Source: Hormiphora californensis (Eukaryota > Animalia > Ctenophora). Taken from it: a stretch of 64,000 nt of DNA. Numbering within the stretch: the stretch's first letter is position 1; each line of letters starts with the position of its first letter. Positions 58,801 to 64,000 of the stretch are shown piece by piece. Location of the stretch: NCBI GenBank assembly GCA_020137815.1, contig CM035356.1, positions 6,324,001 through 6,388,000 of the forward strand. Direction: 5' to 3'. Below the pieces are notes generated by a model. That model saw only the letters and a list, made by a program, of their open reading frames with translations, was not told the DNA's origin and made no database searches. A program made the translations under genes and the position numbers.

Positions 58801-61130
58801 TTTGAAGTATGCATACAATAATGCAATGTATGTATTTAATGTACACCTACATGTACAGCTGTCTTAAAATATACGAAACATGAGGGCAGACCTCAAATAT
58901 GTACCTAATAAGTGCGGGAGTTGAGAACACACTCATCCACATGGCTAACCATATACTCTCGTTATACTCATTCCACCTGAACAAACGCAATTAGTTACAC
59001 GTGCAATTAGTTACACGTGCAATTAGTTACATGTGCAATTAGTTACACGTGCAATTAGTTACACGTGCAATTAGTTACATGTGCAATTATTTACACGTGC
59101 AATTAGTTACACGTGCAATTAGTTACACGTGCGATTAGTTACACGTGCAATTAGTTACACGTGCAGTTAGTTACACGTGCAGTTAGTTACACGTGGTAAT
59201 TGTGAGAAGTGAGGGGCAGCAGGCAGGATAGCATAGGCTAGGGTCGAGAAAGGCAACAAGTTCAGGGGCTTGTATCTATTGTAATATACCTAAATAAGAG
59301 GCCGACTAGGGTGGTAAGTGATGTCATAACGGCTGTAGGGAGCACGGGCTCAGATCGAGAGGAATTAGCATTGAGAAGCATTTGTAGCACACTCAATACC
59401 CCACCTGAAAATATATGAGGTTATATAAATTATAAACCTGGAAGGTAAGTACCTATAGATAGCTATCTGAGCTATCTGGGGTTATACATACCCCATATCT
59501 AATCTCATAAGTCAAATTGACTATTTGCCACTATTTGTCACCATGGCAACCCCCCCTGCTGTACCTGATAACAGATTGGAACAGCTGCTACCACTGAACT
59601 TCCAGAGAACTTGCTCCATCAGTTCATTGCTCTTTACGGCCTTGTACAGTAACCAAGAGTCCGGATCACACATTAGTACGTACAATCTATGATGGGGGAT
59701 ATTAGATTGAATACAATCTATGGTGGGATATTAGATTGAATACAATTGGTGGTGGGGGGTATTAGATTGAATACAATTGGTGGTGGGGGATATTAGATTG
59801 AATACAATTGGTGGTGGGGGATATTAGATTGAATACAATTGGTGGTGGGGGATATTAGATTGAATACAATTGGTGGTGGGGGATATTAGATTGAATACAA
59901 TTGGTGGTGGGGGATATTAGATTGAATACAATTGGTGGTGGGGGATATTAGATTGAATACAATTGGTGGTGGGGGATATTAGATTGAATACAATTGGTGG
60001 TGGGGGATATTAGATTGAATACAATTGGTGGTGGGGGATATTAGATTGAATACAATTGGTGGTGGGGGATATTAGATTGAATACAATTGGTGGTGGGGGA
60101 TATTAGATTGAATACAATTGGTGGAGGGGGATATTAGATTGAATACAATTGGTGGAGGGGTTGTACAACCATATAATATGTTTTTGATAAGGGTCTCAGC
60201 AGGAAATGGGACGAATTATTATAACGATCAGAAGCAAAAAAACTTCTATAAATTCGGACAGGAACCAATTATGATTCTACTTGTTGTGTTCTAACTCTCC
60301 TCTACATTTGCATTACGAGGCGCAGAGAGGGAGGATCTAACCAAGTATGTTTCTACCCTGTCAGAGCATTGGCCTGACCCTATTTTCATTTCTTTCAAAT
60401 AACGGAATGCGCGGAAACTGCATGGTCAGAGCATTGACCTGACAGTTTGTACCAGGAACCGACCGAATCATGAAATACTGGTCACTGATTGGCTGATAAC
60501 CAGTCACGTGACCTAAATAACGAGTTCTGATTGGTTGTTTACTTATTTCGGTCGGTTCCTGGTTTCTACCTGAGATAGGTGGTGGCACGATGTCTACCAA
60601 GAGCAGTCTTTCCATTCTTTTGTAGGTCTTGTAGTGTTAGCTTCAGGATTTGGGTCATCTGTGCTATGGCTACCTTTGATTGCCGCATTAGCACTAACCT
60701 AGCGTACCTATAGCAATAGTATGGTGTTATTTGTCATACACTGACTGTACATCGTGCAACCTCGATGTTTGTAATGTGAAATGAATTGTAATAGGTGCGA
60801 ATGTGGATAATAATCAAGGATCCTAGTATGATTGCCCCCCTCCCCGTATAACTCCAGTGAATATCTCGCCTATCCTGTGGATTTGATTGGTATCACTCAA
60901 TTCCAACAACTAAACCTCACCAGTGATCCTTGTTATTACTATCCATGCTGCCCAAGATTCTTGTACACATGTCACACAGTACCGTCTCAGGAGGTGTACA
61001 GACGAACAGAATTCTCTGAATGGCAGTGAGGAGTTGGGTGGCCGGGATGGGATCAGAGTTCCCACCATTAGGGTAGAGGGTTTTATATTCTGTGATCCAT
61101 TTGTTACGGAGTCTGATGTTTGATAACCAT
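46866..61130 (-). CDS. UBE3B: HECT E3 ubiquitin ligase UBE3B; 5'-partial (IQ-motif exon not in window)
   Basis: [52 protein letters not shown] and [15 protein letters not shown]...[18 protein letters not shown]. Upstream exons ([25 protein letters not shown]) match the UBE3B N-terminal region. The most 5' exon found begins at a phase-2 acceptor (61130). Confidence 0.92.
47263..47345. repeat. Short GC-rich dispersed element (CTGTCTGGCG ends); other copies at ~404-478, 4104-4172, 7980-8060, 13975-14110, 15780-15830, 46691-46750
   Basis: Shared core GACCCCATCTGAGCGCACTGT...AATCAAATCGGGGTCTGGCGCCGCCAGAC. Confidence 0.75.
49395..49478. mobile_element. Tc1/pogo-type MITE, same family as 2777-2948 (short copy)
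   Basis: Same TIRs, flanked by TA. Confidence 0.85.
49900..53517 (+). CDS. Second LDLa-repeat GPCR (paralogue of 23748-27452); exons 49900-49954, 50299-53517; nested antisense in UBE3B intron 49312-54237; one apparent +1 frameshift at ~50554
   Basis: Signal-peptide exon [18 protein letters not shown]|. [20 protein letters not shown] matches the paralogue's YLHEQCDVDGELKFKCPWSD. LDLa motifs and 7TM motifs ([34 protein letters not shown]) are present. Confidence 0.88.
53520..53628 (+). mobile_element. hAT-like MITE, 109 bp
   Basis: TIRs present; 8-bp TSD GATTGAAC includes the GPCR stop codon TGA. Confidence 0.9.
54747..54858. mobile_element. Tc1/pogo-type MITE, same family (partial or degenerate copies also at ~31620-31710 and ~55067-55147)
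   Basis: Same TIRs, flanked by TA. Confidence 0.85.
55244..56427 (-). repeat. 64-69-bp minisatellite, about 18 copies, of acceptor plus first ~42 nt of exon
   Basis: Minus-strand unit ...CTCCACAG|TGTTGTCGCGTGTGACAGTTTGTCACGAACTCCTGATCCCCCTATAA. Confidence 0.95.
56796..57068 (-). repeat. 40-bp repeat, 7 copies, of exon end plus donor
   Basis: TACAACAACCATTCACCCTCAAACAATTGT|GTGAGTATTT. Confidence 0.95.
57209..57317 (-). repeat. ~33-bp donor repeat, 4 copies
   Basis: CCAG|GTACGAATCTCATG repeated. Confidence 0.85.
58987..59194 (-). repeat. 16-bp branch-point-like repeat, about 13 copies
   Basis: ACGTGTAACTAATTGC running into ...GTTTGTTCAG| acceptor. Confidence 0.9.
59681..60160 (-). repeat. 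31-bp acceptor-derived repeat, about 15 copies
   Basis: ATTGTATTCAATCTAATATCCCCCACCACCA, derived from CTAATATCCCCCATCATAG|ATTGTA. Confidence 0.9.
60453..60561 (-). mobile_element. hAT-like MITE, 109 bp
   Basis: TIRs present; TSD GTTTGTAC/GTTTCTAC equals the first 8 nt of a UBE3B intron. Confidence 0.9.
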
Positions 61131-61223
61131 CTGGAAGGAGAAAAGAGATGGTGTTAAACGGAGTGCCACTCTATGTTTTCTCTGCTCAAATAAAAAGTCG
61201 TTTATTACTTCATTTTCAAGAAA

Positions 61224-62392
61224 ATCACTGCGCTGGCAAGCGCAAAGGTGGCCCCATCCCCTCCCCCCTAAAACTTTTCCCGAAAAAGTGGGCCCGCTTG
61301 CCAACAGCGTAGATATAACAATTTTGAAGTTTTAGCCCATTTTGGCACTTTTCGACCCCTCCTAACTCCGGAACCAGATGAGCTAGGAGGCTGAAATTTG
61401 GTACAAAGAAGCTTCACATAGACCTCTACTGACGGTAAAAATTTCAAGTAGCTAGCTCATTCCGGTCGCAAGTTATGACACCACCCCCAAAACAGAAAAT
61501 TCAGTGTGGCGATAGGTATATAGATAGATATATAGATATAGACGCTTCACTGTGTAACACTTGTAGCTCGAACCATACTAGCTAGAGACTTGAATAAAGT
61601 TTTATCCGTTAGGAAATCGTTCGGGGCATGCATTAGTTAAGGTTTCAAGTGAAAATGTCCACTATGACGAGCGTAATGACGTCACAAAGTGACGTCATTG
61701 AAAAATCTCATACCAAATATTTTCAAACGCCTCTAGCACCCTCAAGACATTTTCCAATTCCTGATTTGACGCAAAATCGTTAGTGGGAAATTGTCTGAAC
61801 TTTCAGATACTATATGGCAAATTTTTCTAACTTGTCATTTTCAGACCTTAAAACGCGTCGGAACTCAAAAATTTGTTGTGAAAATCCACATAAAAACTCA
61901 CATTTCGTGCAATAACAGTTCTTGACTACCATGCAATGGCCTTTAAAACTTTTCACACATTTAGTGCTTCATTGGCCGAATAGTCTGTCATAATTTTTAC
62001 GTCGTTGTGACGTCACGTGTGACGTCACGACGTCAAAATGACGTCGAATTTTGAAAATTTCGTCAAATCAGTTTCCTACAACCCAGGTACAATTGAATTA
62101 CATTTAAACACTTTAGTTGACAAATAGCTTAGTTGTTTAAGGTCATAAATGACCTCAAACGACCAAAAAAGAGTACAAATTTAGAGCAAAAACTAATTGA
62201 AATTAGTTCGCCAGAAAGGTGGCCCATTTTGAACATACTCCTTCTTTTCCGTCACCTTTGAGTTGAAGGCGGAAAAGTTTACGGATACCTCAATGTCTTT
62301 GAAGTCTCAACTCAAAGGTGACGGAAATGAAGGAGTAAGTTCAAAATGGGCCACCTTTCTGGCGAACTAATTTCAATTAGTTTTTGCTCTAA
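61224..62392 (+). mobile_element. DINE-1/Helentron-like non-autonomous element (copy 2)
   Basis: Homologous to copy 1; ends in a hairpin with ~86-bp arms (62181-62266 and 62307-62392). Confidence 0.55.
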
Positions 62393-62510
62393 TTATAGTG
62401 ATACATGATAGTTAGAAACATCTTATTCATTCATAGACATGATTTAAACACACCATACATCAATTTTACGAACAACGATAATAGAGTTCATCCAGTGAGT
62501 TAGGATGTCC

Positions 62511-62619
62511 CAGGAACCGACCGAATCTGGAAATACTGGTCCCTGATTGGCTGATAATCAGTCACGTGACCTAAATAACGAGTTCTGATTGGTTGTTTAC
62601 TTGTTTCGGTCGGTTCCTG
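62511..62619 (-). mobile_element. hAT-like MITE, 109 bp
   Basis: TIRs present; 7-8-bp TSD (G)GATGTCC; supplies the stop codon of the BTB ORF. Confidence 0.9.
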
Positions 62620-64000
62620 GATGTCCCCTTCTTTTCTTCATCCTCATCCTCCCATAGTTTCCTCCTAGCTCCAGAGAAGGGTCTCTTGTTAGAACAGGGC
62701 CAATTTGAGTTCACTATCTTGCTCCAATGATTCCTTGCCATAGTTGCCAGTGTCCCATCATTTGGTATCACGACATTAACTTTGAATTTTCTATCACTCT
62801 CTTCCTTTAAAGCTGTCATCAATTTACAGCTAGTTTCTGCATCGGTGTTCAACTCAACAGCCTCAGCTAGCAAGGATAGGGTATCCGCATCACATAGATT
62901 GAAGTTGAAGTTTTCAAGCCAGTATTTAAGAAATGGGACAGAGTATAGGAGAGATTGTTGCACGAACTGGTCCACAATATCGAATTCCACTGCCATCACC
63001 ATAACGAGATCCATGTGAGATCGTTTTGTTGTTTCCACTAGTATCCGAGAGATCCTGAACATAAACTTTACTTTATTTTCCGGGACACAAGAAATGAGAT
63101 AGTCCAACAACCGTCTGTCTGAGTATCTCACTGCCGAGTCCAGGGCGAGAATAGCGTAGTTCCAATAGGCACCAAAATCAAGAGCTATTTTAGGGAGATT
63201 CCTCTTGTAGAACTCTAAACACCCATCCTTTGCCCAATCTACTTTGAATACAGCAACCATTTTGACAAAGTCGCTGAAAACTTTAAATTCGGTGGTATCC
63301 AATAGCATTTCTAAGGTCCCTGTGTAACACGCATCTGCAAAGATTCTAACGGATTTGGAATCAAAGTCTGACACATCATGCTCTAGTTCCCCCTCCGTCT
63401 CAATAATAGTTGAAAGAACTGGAGAATTTGTTGATAGAACAAGAGAGTTTAGGAACATTTCAGTTCCGTCTTGTAGGGAAAAGATGGCGTTTCCATGAGT
63501 AGGAAGGCATAACTTCTCTCTTCCGAAGTCGAATCTTTCTGAAACCTTTTCCTTGCATGAAAATGGTTTATCATGTATTAAAAAAGTAACCACTGAGTTT
63601 TTGTCAAATCCCGTATCAAACACAATCTTCTGTCCTAAGTTTCCTGTTTTTGTTACGATAGAATCTGGTCCGCGTACAGTAATTATAACCGCTCCACTTT
63701 GAAGATTTGAGTCAAGTTGACCATTCAAATTGTGCTTCGTTACCGTAAAGTTAAACGTCAGAGCTTCACATTTATATTGAGCCACCGTGACCCAAGTCGA
63801 GTTATTGGCTTGGTGGCTGCTGGTCATGATATTTTCATCTGAAGATAGAAAATCATCCATCATTCGATCAAAAATCACCATATTAGATCTAGCTTTAGTA
63901 ACAGTGGATGGTCCAATGTAGCTGTCCATTATCGTGACACTTGCTTCAATCGTAAAGTGTTCAACTTTAGCTAGGTCTTCCAACAAATTGTAATCGTCTC
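62571..64000 (-). CDS. BTB/POZ-domain protein, intronless within the window, 5'-partial
   Basis: GNAIFSLQDGTEMFLNSLVLSTNSPVLSTII...DFDSKSVRIFADACYTGTL is BTB-like. The frame is open to the window edge. Confidence 0.75.
   Translation of the reverse strand, partial: DDYNLLEDLAKVEHFTIEASVTIMDSYIGPSTVTKARSNMVIFDRMMDDFLSSDENIMTSSHQANNSTWVTVAQYKCEALTFNFTVTKHNLNGQLDSNLQSGAVIITVRGPDSIVTKTGNLGQKIVFDTGFDKNSVVTFLIHDKPFSCKEKVSERFDFGREKLCLPTHGNAIFSLQDGTEMFLNSLVLSTNSPVLSTIIETEGELEHDVSDFDSKSVRIFADACYTGTLEMLLDTTEFKVFSDFVKMVAVFKVDWAKDGCLEFYKRNLPKIALDFGAYWNYAILALDSAVRYSDRRLLDYLISCVPENKVKFMFRISRILVETTKRSHMDLVMVMAVEFDIVDQFVQQSLLYSVPFLKYWLENFNFNLCDADTLSLLAEAVELNTDAETSCKLMTALKEESDRKFKVNVVIPNDGTLATMARNHWSKIVNSNWPCSNKRPFSGARRKLWEDEDEEKKGTSRNRPKQVNNQSELVI

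Overview
This is eukaryotic, intron-rich animal genomic DNA. It is most likely from a ctenophore (Pleurobrachia-like); that is an inference from the ~109-bp '[23 protein letters not shown]' MITE family and the LRR-less LDLa-GPCRs, not a database result. The ORF track fragments most genes, so gene models were rebuilt by hand from GT-AG sites and reading-phase continuity. From left to right: (1) a 5'-partial Ly6/uPAR-like GPI-anchored protein (+, 219-1981); (2) a 71-aa secreted peptide precursor with TATA box (+, 2662-3372); (3) a 17-exon Ig/FN3 type I membrane protein (-, 4430-13849), with an ORF1-only retroposon in its last intron; (4) an unusual RanBP2/Nup358 (-, 20349-41619), with an LDLa-GPCR nested antisense in one intron; (5) a C2H2 zinc-finger gene (-, 41942-45668); (6) UBE3B (-, 46866 to >61130), with a second antisense nested LDLa-GPCR and probably a same-strand nested BTB gene. 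There are many MITEs (hAT-, Tc1/pogo- and TTAA-type), two DINE/Helentron-like elements, a tRNA-derived SINE and a decayed LINE. The most striking unexplained pattern is that at least 17 tandem duplications or arrays are built from the splice signals themselves (exon end plus donor, acceptor plus exon start, or branch point), across four genes. Other highlights are a MITE core plus 43-bp duplication that may have created a new intron in a coding exon, and a Nup358 with six Cys-rich IR repeats and almost no FG motifs.
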